DNA of 64,000 nucleotides from an uncultured delta proteobacterium (GTDB taxonomy: Bacteria; Myxococcota_A; Polyangia; Polyangiales; Polyangiaceae): NCBI GenBank assembly GCA_963841435.1, contig CAWJCS010000004.1, forward strand, positions 672,001 to 736,000. The letters are read 5' to 3'. Positions 24,190 through 33,721 of this stretch are shown here, piece by piece; positions within the stretch are counted from its first letter, which is position 1; each line of letters begins with the position of its first letter. The translations under genes were made by a program, and so were the position numbers. The notes beneath the pieces were generated by a model that was not told the origin of the DNA, did no database searches, and was given only the letters and a program-made list of their open reading frames with translations.

Positions 24190-25005
24190 ATGAGGCTCAC
24201 CGTATGGGCGGCTTTCGCCGCCTCCACCCTCGCGCTCTCGGCGTCCGTTGCCGTTCCGGATGCCCACGCCGAAAAGCCCGCCAAGGGCAAGTCCGCGGGT
24301 GGCGCCGGAGCGATCTCGAAGAAGATCGGTCTCGCTCCAGCCGGGTTGAAGTTCGGCATGGGACTCGAAGCCATTGCGCGCCTGTACGACAAGGTGCTCG
24401 ACGATGAGTACCTGCCCCTCTACAAGAAGGCTTCGCCGGGTCCGCAGACGGATGCGCTCGATGCCGAGGTAAAGCAGCGTAAGGGGGAGCTTCGTCGCAG
24501 CAAAGTGGAGTTTGGCAACACGCCGACCGGCGTTGACCAGACGGCACTCAAGGGCGAGTACAGCTATGCCAACGGTGAGAGCATGGCGCGTCTCACGCTG
24601 CGGAGCGGCACCGAGCGCTATCTCTTCTTTTTCGGCGACAAGCTCTGGAAGGTCTACGACGAGCACAAGCTCAAGAAGGGCTCGCCCATGGGCGAAAACT
24701 ACGAGGCCGCGCTCAAGTCCATGCAGGCGCGCTTCGCCGCAGCGCCGAAGAAGCTGCCCGCCAACCCGGACAAGGGACAGAATTTCGACGAAGCGATGTG
24801 GAGTACGCCCGACATGCTGATTCGCGCGCTCGATCGCGGATCCACACTCGCCGTGGTCTACGTCGATAAGTCGGTGCAAGAGGATCTGCCGAAGCTCCGG
24901 CGCAACAAGCCGAAGAACGTGACGGCGATCGATCCCGACGTTGCTGCCGCGCTGAAGAAGAACGAGCCCCCGCCCGAGAAGAAGGACGACAAGAAGAAGA
25001 AGTGA
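24190..25005 (+). CDS. secreted hypothetical protein, Lys-rich
   Basis: AGGAGG RBS, signal peptide ending AHA, strong GC3 codon bias. Confidence 0.75.
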   Translation: MRLTVWAAFAASTLALSASVAVPDAHAEKPAKGKSAGGAGAISKKIGLAPAGLKFGMGLEAIARLYDKVLDDEYLPLYKKASPGPQTDALDAEVKQRKGELRRSKVEFGNTPTGVDQTALKGEYSYANGESMARLTLRSGTERYLFFFGDKLWKVYDEHKLKKGSPMGENYEAALKSMQARFAAAPKKLPANPDKGQNFDEAMWSTPDMLIRALDRGSTLAVVYVDKSVQEDLPKLRRNKPKNVTAIDPDVAAALKKNEPPPEKKDDKKKK

Positions 25006-25032
25006 CGCACGCGTCAGCGCGTGTCACTTCGT

Positions 25033-25296
25033 TCAGACGAGCTCCGCGCCGCTCGGGATCCGCGGCCCGTTCGTGATCTCGACCTGCAGCTCGGGAAAAC
25101 GCGCGGTCAGCAGCGGCTCGAGGACGCGCCGCCTCGCCAGGGTATTGCCGGGGCATCCCGAGAAGCGGCCCGAGAGATGAAGGCTCAGGTTCTTTTCTCC
25201 GAGCGCCACGAGGTGCACTTCGCCCCCATCGGCGCGCACGAGGGGACCGACGACTTCCCGCAGGACCTCCAGGACTTGTTCCCGCGGCGAGCCCAT
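25033..25296 (-). CDS. NifU C-terminal (Nfu) domain protein
   Basis: VGPLVRADGGEVHLV...LHLSGRFSGCPG pattern. Confidence 0.8.
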   Translation of the reverse strand: MGSPREQVLEVLREVVGPLVRADGGEVHLVALGEKNLSLHLSGRFSGCPGNTLARRRVLEPLLTARFPELQVEITNGPRIPSGAELV

Positions 25297-25426
25297 GGAT
25301 GAAGCATGACTCTAGCACGTCAACCGGGCATTCCGGCCGGCCCTTGCCGGATCGTGCGAGGGTTTGCTAGAAGCCCCTGGCACCCGAACGGTCGGGTGCT
25401 ACCTTCCGGCCCCTCGAGAACCCAGC

Positions 25427-25669
25427 ATGGTCCAGATCCGACTCGCCCGCCACGGCACCAAGAGCTTGCCCTTCTACCGCGTCGTCGTTGCGGAGCGCTG
25501 CCGCCCACGCGACGGACGCTTCATCGAGAGCCTCGGCACCTTCGACCCTGCAGGCGCCCTCAACGTCGACTTGGATCGGCTCGAGTACTGGAAGAAGCAC
25601 GGCGCCAAGGCGTCGCACACGCTCGACCGGCTGCTCAAGCGCCAGGCGCGGGCGCAAGCCAAGGCCTGA
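25427..25669 (+). CDS. rpsP: 30S ribosomal protein S16
   Basis: [18 protein letters not shown]...RDGRFIE.LGTFDP; first gene of the rpsP-khpA-rimM-trmD cluster. Confidence 0.96.
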   Translation: MVQIRLARHGTKSLPFYRVVVAERCRPRDGRFIESLGTFDPAGALNVDLDRLEYWKKHGAKASHTLDRLLKRQARAQAKA

Positions 25670-25671
25670 CC

Positions 25672-25909
25672 GTGGCGCTCAAAGAGCTCGTTGCCACGAT
25701 CGCACGCGCCCTCGTTGACGATCCCGACGGCGTGGAGGTCACCGAGGTCGACGGCGATCGTAATCCGATCCTCGAGCTCAGGGTTTCCGACGGAGACGTG
25801 GGCAAGGTGATCGGCAAGGATGGTCGCACGGCGCAGTCCATCCGTACCGTCCTGGTCGCTGCGTTCGACCAAGATCGGACGCCGGGCTCACCTCGACATT
25901 CTCGATTGA
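25672..25909 (+). CDS. khpA: KH-domain RNA-binding protein KhpA, apparent +1 frameshift at 25864-25865
   Basis: LVDDPD.V.V...[19 protein letters not shown]; removing one T restores [20 protein letters not shown], ending just before rimM. Confidence 0.88.
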
Positions 25910-25910
25910 G

Positions 25911-26432
25911 ATGGCGGGCGACGCCCGCGCCCCGCGACGCCTGGAGATCGGCCGGCTGGGCGCGCCGCATGGGCTGGCGGGTGAGATCCACGTGCACCTG
26001 TTCTCGGTCGACAGCGCGATCTACCGTGCTCCCGAGGTGGTTCTCGTCGACGCGAACGGCGAACGCGTGCTGTCCGTGGAGAGCGCGCGGCCCGCGGCGC
26101 GGGGGGCTCTCGTGCGCTTCGGGGGTGTCCATGACCGCGCGGCAATCGAGGCCCTGCGCGGCGCCCAGCTGTGGGTCGAGCGCGCGGTTCTGCCGCCGCT
26201 CGCCCCGGGTGAGTACTACCTCGTGGACCTCGCTGGGCTCGCCGTGGTGGGGCCGGAGGGCAGGCTGGGGGAGGTCCTCGAGGTGATTGCCAATCCGAGC
26301 GTCACGAGCGTGCGCGTGCGGCTCGAAGACGGGCGCGTCGGTGAGCTGGCGCTCGCCCCGCCCTGGCTCCGGCGCGTCAGCATCGAGGAAGGGACGATCG
26401 AGGTCGAGTCGCTCGACGGGCTCATTCTATGA
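25911..26432 (+). CDS. rimM: ribosome maturation factor RimM
   Basis: [32 protein letters not shown]; syntenic position. Confidence 0.92.
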   Translation: MAGDARAPRRLEIGRLGAPHGLAGEIHVHLFSVDSAIYRAPEVVLVDANGERVLSVESARPAARGALVRFGGVHDRAAIEALRGAQLWVERAVLPPLAPGEYYLVDLAGLAVVGPEGRLGEVLEVIANPSVTSVRVRLEDGRVGELALAPPWLRRVSIEEGTIEVESLDGLIL

Positions 26433-26454
26433 TTGTCCGCGTAGGGCGCCCTCG

Positions 26455-27171
26455 ATGAAGGTCGCGATCGTCACGCTGTTCCCGGAGCTCTTCGGCACGT
26501 TCCTCGAGACGAGCTTCATTGGCCGCGCCGTGAGCGATACGCTCTTGTCCGTGCACCTCGAGGAACTTCGGCGTCATGGCCTCGGGCAGCACCGCTCGGT
26601 CGACGACACGCCGTACGGCGGCGGGTCGGGCATGGTGATGCGCGCCGACTGCGTCGTGCCCGCCATGGAGGCTGCCGAAGCCGCCCTCGCAAGCGGCGCA
26701 GCGGACGGGGCTCGGCCGCGTCGCGCGCTCCTTTCTCCCCAGGGTCGCCTCTTCAATCAGGCTGCCGCACGGCGGCTCTCCGAGCTTCCGAGCCTCGTGC
26801 TCGTCTGCGGCCGGTACGAGGGGTTCGACGAGCGCATCCGCTATTTCGCCGACGAAGAAATTTCGATCGGCAACTTCGTGATGACCGGAGGTGAGGTCGC
26901 CGCGATGTGCGTGCTCGAAAGCGTCGTTCGGCTGTTGCCCGGCGTGCTCGGCAATCGCGAATCCGTCCGGGAAGAGTCGTTCAGCCCGGCCTGTGGCGGC
27001 TTGCTCGAGTATCCCCACTTCACGCGACCCGCCGAGTTTCGCGGCTACGCCGTCCCGCAGCCGCTGAAGAGCGGCGATCACGAGCGCATCGCCGCCTGGC
27101 GCTCCGCGGCCTCGAGCTCGCGTACGGCGGTGCGGCGCCCGGACCTCGTGCGCCGGCGGGGGCGAACGTGA
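26455..27171 (+). CDS. trmD: tRNA (guanine-N1)-methyltransferase
   Basis: VTLFPE, VDDTPYGGGSGMVM, LSPQG, CGRYEGFDER, GGE, LLEYPHFTRP, SGDH. Confidence 0.96.
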   Translation: MKVAIVTLFPELFGTFLETSFIGRAVSDTLLSVHLEELRRHGLGQHRSVDDTPYGGGSGMVMRADCVVPAMEAAEAALASGAADGARPRRALLSPQGRLFNQAAARRLSELPSLVLVCGRYEGFDERIRYFADEEISIGNFVMTGGEVAAMCVLESVVRLLPGVLGNRESVREESFSPACGGLLEYPHFTRPAEFRGYAVPQPLKSGDHERIAAWRSAASSSRTAVRRPDLVRRRGRT

Positions 27172-27722
27172 GAAGGCTCGCCGTGGCGCTCGTGCACCAC
27201 CCCGTGCTCGATCGGCAGCACGAGGTGGTGACGACGGCGATCACCAACCTGGACCTTCACGACATCGCGCGGAGCGCCCACACCTACGGTCTCAGCGACT
27301 TTTTCGTCGTGCACCCGGTTCTGGCGCAGCGCGATCTTGCCGAGCGCATTCGCGACCACTGGGTCGAGGGCTCGGGGGGACGCCGCATCCCCGATCGCGC
27401 GCCGGCGATGCAGCGCCTCAGGATCGTCGAGACTCTCGACGCGGCGCTCGTTCCGCTCGGCCCGGCCGCCGAGCTGTGGACCACGAGCGCGGCCGAGCGT
27501 CCCGCCTCGCTCTCGCACGTGCAGGCGCGCGCACGCCTCGATGAGGACGGGCCCGCGGTGCTGCTCGTGCTCGGCACCGGTTGGGGGCTGTCCGACACCG
27601 TCTACGAGCGCGCGCACGCGCACCTGAGTCCGATCCGATCGCCACGGGCGGATCGCTACAATCACCTCAGCGTGCGAGCCGCCGCAGCGATCCTATTCGA
27701 TCGCCTTTGCGGCCGTCCCTGA
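27168..27722 (+). CDS. SPOUT-class RNA methyltransferase (TrmD-associated family)
   Basis: ALVHHPV, TTAITNLDLHDIARS, LGTGWGL, YNHLSVRAAAAILFDRL; GTGA overlap with trmD stop. Confidence 0.88.
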   Translation: MRRLAVALVHHPVLDRQHEVVTTAITNLDLHDIARSAHTYGLSDFFVVHPVLAQRDLAERIRDHWVEGSGGRRIPDRAPAMQRLRIVETLDAALVPLGPAAELWTTSAAERPASLSHVQARARLDEDGPAVLLVLGTGWGLSDTVYERAHAHLSPIRSPRADRYNHLSVRAAAAILFDRLCGRP

Positions 27723-28539
27723 GACGCGCGCGCGGCACCGGGCGTCCCGCCCGGCGGCAACGCCGAAGCGGCCCGCGAGCACGTCGCTGACCTCGTCGCC
27801 GCGCACGCCCGGGGTCGACCACTCGACGAGCGGCGGCTCCACGTCGAGGCCACCCGGCCGGGCCAGGCGCAGCTCCACGAGCGCCACGCGCGCCGGACGG
27901 TCACCCGTCGCGTGAACGAACCGGAGCCGTTTCGGCACGAGACGAGCGCGCCCCGCTGCAGCGAACAGCTCGTCGAGTGTCGACGCCGGGTGGACGAAAC
28001 ACGCCCGACCACGCGGCCCGGTGAGCGCTCGTGCCGCCGCCGCGACGAACGGCTGGAGCGGGCCGCTGCGGGCGCGCCGAGACGGCGCGTTCCGTCGTGG
28101 GCGCCCGCGCCCGGGCGCGAAGTACGGCGGGTTGCACACGACCAGAATCCGCCGTCTGCGCGAACATCCGCGGCAGTCCATCCCGTTCGAGGTCGAGCGA
28201 AAGAACGCTCGCCAGAGGACCGAGGTGGGCCACGTTCCTTCGAGCGAGCCCCACGAGCCCGCGCTCGCGCTCCACGAGCACGAGCTCGCGGGCCGATCCC
28301 ACGTGCACGAGCGACAGCCCGATCACGCCCGTGCCGGCACCGAGGTCGACGACCCGACGCGCCACCCGACCGTTCGCTGCGAAGGCGGCGAGCAGTAGTG
28401 CATCCACGTTGACGCGATAGCCCGTCGAGGGCTGCAGGAGCGACAGCGTTCCGCCGAACAGTTTGTCGCGGGTGGCGGAGCGGGCCGGCACGCGGTCGAG
28501 CCTAGCAGGGAGGGCTAGCGCCGCGGGGTGGGTGCACAC
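27693..28539 (-). CDS. TrmN6-like (tRNA1Val m6A37) methyltransferase, apparent +1 frameshift at 28146-28147
   Basis: QPSTGYRVNVDALLL, VDLGAGTG in one frame; VVCNPPYF and PKRLRFVH in the next; start uncertain. Confidence 0.8.
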
Positions 28540-28595
28540 GCTTCGGCAGGCGAGCCTTGCGCGTCGCCCCGCCCCCGGGCAGAAGAGTCGCTGTC

Positions 28596-29513
28596 GTGGC
28601 CGAAATCATCCCCCCGACCGGACGAGCGCGCGGTCACGAGTCGGCATTCCTGAGGCGGCTCGCCTTCGTCGGCGCTCGCTACGGGCCGACGGCTTTGGTG
28701 CGCTATGGTCCGCCTGCGTTCGGAGCACTGTTCGCGCTTGCGCTACCCGAGACGCGCCAGGCCGTCCGCGAGAACCTGCGCGCCATCTGCGGTCCTCGGC
28801 CGCGCTGGGTCGAGGACCGCGACATGCTCGCGACGTTCACGGACTATGCGGCGTGTCTCGCCGAGTCGCTGGGGGCGGAGCGGCGCGACGGCACGGCCGC
28901 GTACGTCAACGTGTCGGGCGACGCGCGCGGTCGCTCGTTGCTCACGCGCCCCGGCGGTGCCGTGCTCGTGACGGCGCACGTCGGCCCCTGGGACGCCGCG
29001 GCGGCATTGCTCGCGCGAGACCTCGGCGCACGCATTGGCATCGTGATTCAGCGCGAGCACGCCGAAGCGGCGCAGGCGCTGCAGCACGCGCTGCGCGCAC
29101 GGACGGGCGTCACCGTGCTGTCGATTGGCGAGTCGGAGCTCGACGCGCTGCCCGTGTTGCGCCATCTGAGGGGTGGTGGTCTCGTCGCGTTTCAGCTCGA
29201 TCGTGCGCCGCCGAGCGCGCGCCGGCTCGACGCGACGCTGTTCGGTCGCCCCTTTGGGGTTCCCGAAGGGCCCTTCCGGCTCGCGGCGCTGGCGCGCGTC
29301 CCCGTGCTCCCGCTCTTCGCCCATCGGCGGGGCTACTACCGGTATGGAGTCGAGCTCTCCGAGCCGCTCGGCCTCGCCGCGCGTGCGGACCGGCCGGAGC
29401 TCGAGGTGGCCGCAAGGCGCGCGCTCGGCGCGATGGAGCGCTTCGTTCGGGCACACCCGACGCAATGGTTCCATTTTGGCGTGGGCGCCTCCGACGCGGT
29501 CCCCGCAAAGTAG
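28596..29513 (+). CDS. lipid A lauroyl-type / lysophospholipid acyltransferase (HtrB-like)
   Basis: VLVTAHVGPWD, VAFQLDR, LFG...PEGPFRLA, HPTQWFHF; start uncertain (28557 or 28596). Confidence 0.8.
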   Translation: MAEIIPPTGRARGHESAFLRRLAFVGARYGPTALVRYGPPAFGALFALALPETRQAVRENLRAICGPRPRWVEDRDMLATFTDYAACLAESLGAERRDGTAAYVNVSGDARGRSLLTRPGGAVLVTAHVGPWDAAAALLARDLGARIGIVIQREHAEAAQALQHALRARTGVTVLSIGESELDALPVLRHLRGGGLVAFQLDRAPPSARRLDATLFGRPFGVPEGPFRLAALARVPVLPLFAHRRGYYRYGVELSEPLGLAARADRPELEVAARRALGAMERFVRAHPTQWFHFGVGASDAVPAK

Positions 29514-29555
29514 CAATTGCCAGAGTCCTGGCGAACGACTACGCCTCCCGTTCCC

Positions 29556-30287
29556 ATGTCGTCGCGGCGCATCCACGTCGGGCAAACGTCCCTGAACGGC
29601 GGGCTCGCGCGCTACGCCAGGGTGTTCGACCTCTTGGAGGTGCGCTCGGACCCGGCGCCTCCGTCGCTCAAGCACGTGCGAAGGCTCGCCGCGGAGGCGC
29701 CCGTGGGGTTCGTCTTTTCGCTCGTCGCGAGCCGAAAGCTCGCCGAGCTCGCTGCCGGCGGCCCCGACGAGGCCGAGGTTGCGACGACGAGCGAGGCGGC
29801 GCGCGCCCTGGGCGCGCGTTTCCTGGTGATTCGCACGCCCGCGTCGGCGACGCCCGGCGCGCGAACCTCGGCGCGGCTCGGGCGGCTCGTGCGGGCTCTG
29901 GAAGGAGCCGCGCCGAGCATCGCCTGGGAGCCACGCGGCATCTGGACGGACGAGGAAGTGATCGCGACCGCCGAGCAGCTCGGCGTCGTGCCGGTACGCG
30001 ATCTCGCGGAACAGGAAGCGCCGCCCGGCGACCTCGTCTACACGCGGCTCTTGGCGCTCGGTCGCAACTCGCGCATCGGCTCCGGCGCGATCGAGCGCCT
30101 GTCCGAGCGCCTGGAGGAAACCACGCAGGCGTTCGTCGTCGTCGAAGGTCGCGGCGGGGTCGCCGTGGCACGCGCGCTCAGAGGCGTCACGATCGACGAA
30201 GAAGCCGCGGGCGAGGCCGGTTTCGAGCCCGAGGAGAGGGACGACGACGCGGTCGACGAGGAGGACGAGGACGGGGACGAGCGATGA
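29556..30287 (+). CDS. DUF72-like protein (divergent)
   Basis: RYARVFDLLEV, P.GFVFS, IRTPAS.TP, AWEPRG.W, VYTRL; acidic tail. Confidence 0.65.
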   Translation: MSSRRIHVGQTSLNGGLARYARVFDLLEVRSDPAPPSLKHVRRLAAEAPVGFVFSLVASRKLAELAAGGPDEAEVATTSEAARALGARFLVIRTPASATPGARTSARLGRLVRALEGAAPSIAWEPRGIWTDEEVIATAEQLGVVPVRDLAEQEAPPGDLVYTRLLALGRNSRIGSGAIERLSERLEETTQAFVVVEGRGGVAVARALRGVTIDEEAAGEAGFEPEERDDDAVDEEDEDGDER

Positions 30288-31220
30288 GGGTCCGCGCAGC
30301 CGCCCTGGCGAGTGATCCCAGTGCGGAGGAAACGGCCAAGCGGGAGCTCGCCCGTACCAACAGCGCAATCGCGGCCGTCGCGGCGGGCTACTTCGCGGCG
30401 GCCGGCGCGCATGCCGACGTGCTCCTCGGGCCCATCGTCGTCATGGTCGCCGGGATCGGGAGTGGGGGTCGGGTGTTCGACGGGCGTCTGCGTCAGCCCG
30501 GGCTCGGCGCCAAGCGCCCGCGGGGCTACCTGCCCGGTGCGACCATCCCCCTCGTGGCCCACGTCGCGTTGCCCACCAACGTCGGTGCTCTGTCGGTGGC
30601 GCTCGCGCACGACGGGACGCGGACGTTGACCACCGTGGTCAAGGCGGGCATCGCCGCAGCGCGCGCTGCCGGATTCTCGCGAGCGCGCGCGCGTGCTCGA
30701 GCGCGTGGGCGCCGTGGGACCCGCGGCGCTCGCCGAGGCCGCCGTCGTAAGACCGCTCTTGCACCTGGCGAGCCCCAGCCAGGGGGGCTCGCTGTCCCCC
30801 CAAGACTTCGTGTCCGAAAGGGCGGTCGTTCAGCCTGCCCGCGAGCGCCGGAGCGCGACGGGGGTCGCGTTCGAATGGCCGTGGGACGTTCCGTCGCGCC
30901 TCGCGCCGCATCACGCGCTGCTCGCGGTCGACACGCGGGGAGTCTTCGCCGGTCTCGCCTACGGTCTGGCGGTCGACGGCCTCGAGGTTCCCGCGCTCGG
31001 CCTCGTCGCGGCGCTCGCGGCGATCCCCGTCGAGCGTGGCACGCCGCGCGTTCGCCCTGGTTCGAAGTTGCCCTTCTCGCCGGATCTCTCCATTCGCTGC
31101 GACGCCGCCGTCGTAGCCCACGAGATCCGCGCACGCACGCCGCCGCCGCGCGGCAAGAAGCTCGTCACGCTCGCCATCGCGCGAGACGAGCAGCGCTGGG
31201 TCACCGTCAGCAGGCGCTGA
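30284..31220 (+). CDS. divergent gamma-glutamyltransferase-like protein, apparent +1 frameshift at 30674-30675
   Basis: ATGA-coupled to DUF72 gene; ASDP.A..TA...L...NSAIAAVAAG, FDGR.RQP, VALP, LLAVDTRG echo the GGT fold; continues in ORF 30693-31220. Confidence 0.55.
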
Positions 31221-31377
31221 CGTGGCGTCGCAGGACGCGATGGGGATCGCGCGGAGAACGCGGGCATCGACGATCATGCCCCTGGCTCAGGCTGGCACAG
31301 CCGTCCGCCAAACCTCATGCTTAGTGTCCAATAGCGGGAGGCCTGCGCTGGAACGATCATTGCTCCAGACGCGGATC

Positions 31378-33063
31378 ATGCCGAACGCCGGAGGCACTTG
31401 CGCGCTCGTTCTGCTCCTTCTAGCGGGGTGCGGCGACAGCCGGTCGCGGTCGGCGGGTTCGGCTGGCTCGGGAACGGCCGAAGAGACGGGTGGCACAGGC
31501 ACGGTTGGCGGCGCGACGGGACAGGGTGGGGCCCCAAGCGCGAGCGGTTCCAGCGGATTGAGCGGCAGCCTCGGCGGGACGAGTGGCTCGGACGCCACCG
31601 GTGGGATGGGCATGGACACAGGCGGCGCATCGAACGCCGGGGGAGATGGCGGAGGGGGGGCGAGTAGCGCAGGAGCAGGGAACGGAGGATCGTCGGGGTC
31701 CGCGGCAGATGCCGGCGTCGGCGGTACGGCGGGCATCGAGGAGATCCCCGCCATCACGGCCACGGATTGCTCGGAGAACGGCCTTTCAGCCAGCATGCCG
31801 CCGTGCGCAAACCTCTGCGGCAACGGCGCAATCGACTCGTGCATCGTCTACCGTCCACCGGACGCCACCTTCCCGCCAACGACTTGCGGCGACGTCGAGG
31901 TGCTGCCTGCGTGCATCGAAGTGTCCGAGTCCTGCGACGGTGCTGCCTTGTCCGGCACGAGCTGCACAGACCTCGAATTTGCCGGAGGGACGCTCGCCTG
32001 CAGCCAATGGTGCGCGTGGGACGTCAGGGACTGCGACACGTGCACCACGGATGCTCACGTCACCGCGTGCAACGAGCATTTCAGCGACGCGGCGGCGGCG
32101 GGCGCACCGATGGGCCTTTCGAGCGACGGCACACGCGCTGTGGTCGCCCTGACGGGCTACCGGAAAATCCATGTCAGGGCCGTGGGGGACGACCTCCGGC
32201 CGCTCGGCGAGGAGCAATGCTACCTGCCCGGCGGCGTCGCCACCGGCGTCGCAGTTGCACGCGTACCGGGCGGGTTTCTGCTCGTCACCCAGGAACGCTA
32301 CGGCTCGTCGGCCCTGCCGATCCAGATCATGCCGCTCGACGCGGACGGCGTAGCGCGAGGCATGGGCACCCAGCTCGAGACCGTGGGAGGGACCATGACC
32401 GTCGTCGAGCGCCCCGACGGAGGACCGTTGGTCCTCGTGACGCGACTGGGCGTCAACGCCTTCCTGGTCAACGCGGACGGACGGACCGAGCGCACCGTCC
32501 GGTTGTTCGACGACCGGTATTCGGAAGTGGTTGGCGCCGGCTACGTGGCGGGCGGTTTCGTCGCCTGGGCGGTGAGTGGGGTCGCCAACGATCGCAAGTT
32601 CGAAACGGCGCGCCTGGAGCTCGACGGAACCCTGACGAAGAGCATCGTTCCAGATTCCGAGCGCCCTTTCCTCGGCCCGATTGCAGTCGCTGGAAACGAG
32701 GCCCGTTCGGTCTGGATCGTGCAATCGGAGGTCATGCTTGCCCGTCTCGATGAAAACGGGATGCCGCTCGGTGCCCCAGAGACGATCGCGACCGGCGACT
32801 ACGCTTCCATGCTCGCGCTGACAGCGACCGAGACGGGCACGGTGGCTGTGCTTCGCCAGAAGGAGGGTGGCCTCGCCGGCCCAGGGCTCGTCGCGCTCTG
32901 GATCGACGGGCAGGGGGCGTCGTCCACCGCCTACGAATTCGCGCGCGCCACGTCGCAAGGCGACCTAAGACTGACCGCGTTCGGCAGCGACGGCCTGGCC
33001 GCGTACTGGCAGTTGGCGGGGCACTACCCGGGTGGGGTCAAACTGGCAAGGCTGGCACCGTAG
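31378..33063 (+). CDS. hypothetical lipoprotein with Gly-rich linker, Cys-rich module and beta-rich C-terminal domain
   Basis: Lipobox LAGC; CGNGAID...ESCDG...GGTLACS..C..D...C myxobacterial-type Cys-rich segment. Confidence 0.7.
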   Translation: MPNAGGTCALVLLLLAGCGDSRSRSAGSAGSGTAEETGGTGTVGGATGQGGAPSASGSSGLSGSLGGTSGSDATGGMGMDTGGASNAGGDGGGGASSAGAGNGGSSGSAADAGVGGTAGIEEIPAITATDCSENGLSASMPPCANLCGNGAIDSCIVYRPPDATFPPTTCGDVEVLPACIEVSESCDGAALSGTSCTDLEFAGGTLACSQWCAWDVRDCDTCTTDAHVTACNEHFSDAAAAGAPMGLSSDGTRAVVALTGYRKIHVRAVGDDLRPLGEEQCYLPGGVATGVAVARVPGGFLLVTQERYGSSALPIQIMPLDADGVARGMGTQLETVGGTMTVVERPDGGPLVLVTRLGVNAFLVNADGRTERTVRLFDDRYSEVVGAGYVAGGFVAWAVSGVANDRKFETARLELDGTLTKSIVPDSERPFLGPIAVAGNEARSVWIVQSEVMLARLDENGMPLGAPETIATGDYASMLALTATETGTVAVLRQKEGGLAGPGLVALWIDGQGASSTAYEFARATSQGDLRLTAFGSDGLAAYWQLAGHYPGGVKLARLAP

Positions 33064-33214
33064 GACTCGCCGCCACCGGGCGATCTCTCTCCGGCTTCCG
33101 CTCGGTTTTGCTGGCGGAGTTTGCACCGTAGAGCGTGGTGGCGAGAAGCTCGACGCAAGTCGATGGCGCTGCCGCGGTCAGCAGGCGCTGACGCGTCCGT
33201 CGAACGACGCGTTC

Positions 33215-33437
33215 GGCGAGGCGGTTCTCAGGTGAGCCGCAGCCCGTGGCGCTTCGCGTACTCGACGAGACCGAGCTTGTCGATGCTCCGGAGATTGCTC
33301 GTCGTCACCTTGAGGGCGACGTGGCGGCCGAGCTCGGGGACCCAGAGCCGACGCTCCTGCACGTTGACGTGCTGCCAGCGCATGGTCTTGATGTTCGAGT
33401 GCGAAACGTTGCGCGCCTGGAGCTTGCGCTTGCCGGT
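33215..33437 (-). pseudogene. rpmB: 5'-truncated duplicate of rpmB (left copy of a 223-bp direct repeat)
   Basis: Matches 44712-44934 with 3 mismatches (33243, 33296, 33417); lacks the first 6 codons; no in-frame start before an upstream stop. Confidence 0.92.
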
Positions 33438-33568
33438 AGTGGGCTGCCCACGCCCCGGCCTGCTTCGGCGCGTGCTCGCGTGCTCGGCAGGGCAGGGGGG
33501 CTCGACGAGGACGACGCAGAACTCGTGGCCTGCCTGCGCGCGCTGCGCGCGCTGCCTGCGCGGGCCTT

Positions 33569-33620
33569 GCCCCTCCCAAGCACGTGCTCGGCCTCCGGCC
33601 TGCGCGCGAGCGGGAGGGGC
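33569..33620. repeat. inverted repeat (REP-like or terminator-like hairpin)
   Basis: GCCCCTCCC (33569-33577) pairs with GGGAGGGGC (33612-33620); a similar imperfect hairpin at about 33452-33501; both lie downstream of the PKS operon. Confidence 0.5.
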
Positions 33621-33721
33621 TTGCGACCGGCGGCCGAGTGGCGAGTCGTGGCCGCCAGGTCGGGTACGAGCTGGTCGTTCCGATGCCGCAATGGAACCCC
33701 GTCAGACTCACCAGTGTACCA

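Noticed and set aside
25855-25875. Programmed frameshifting in khpA and the other split genes
   Set aside because: No slippery heptamer or stimulatory structure seen; several unrelated genes show the same single-base pattern, which fits errors better.
28463-31324. 953-aa ORF as one gene
   Set aside because: Mostly an R/A-rich off-frame shadow of the acyltransferase and DUF72-like genes; only about 30284-30674 looks like real coding sequence.
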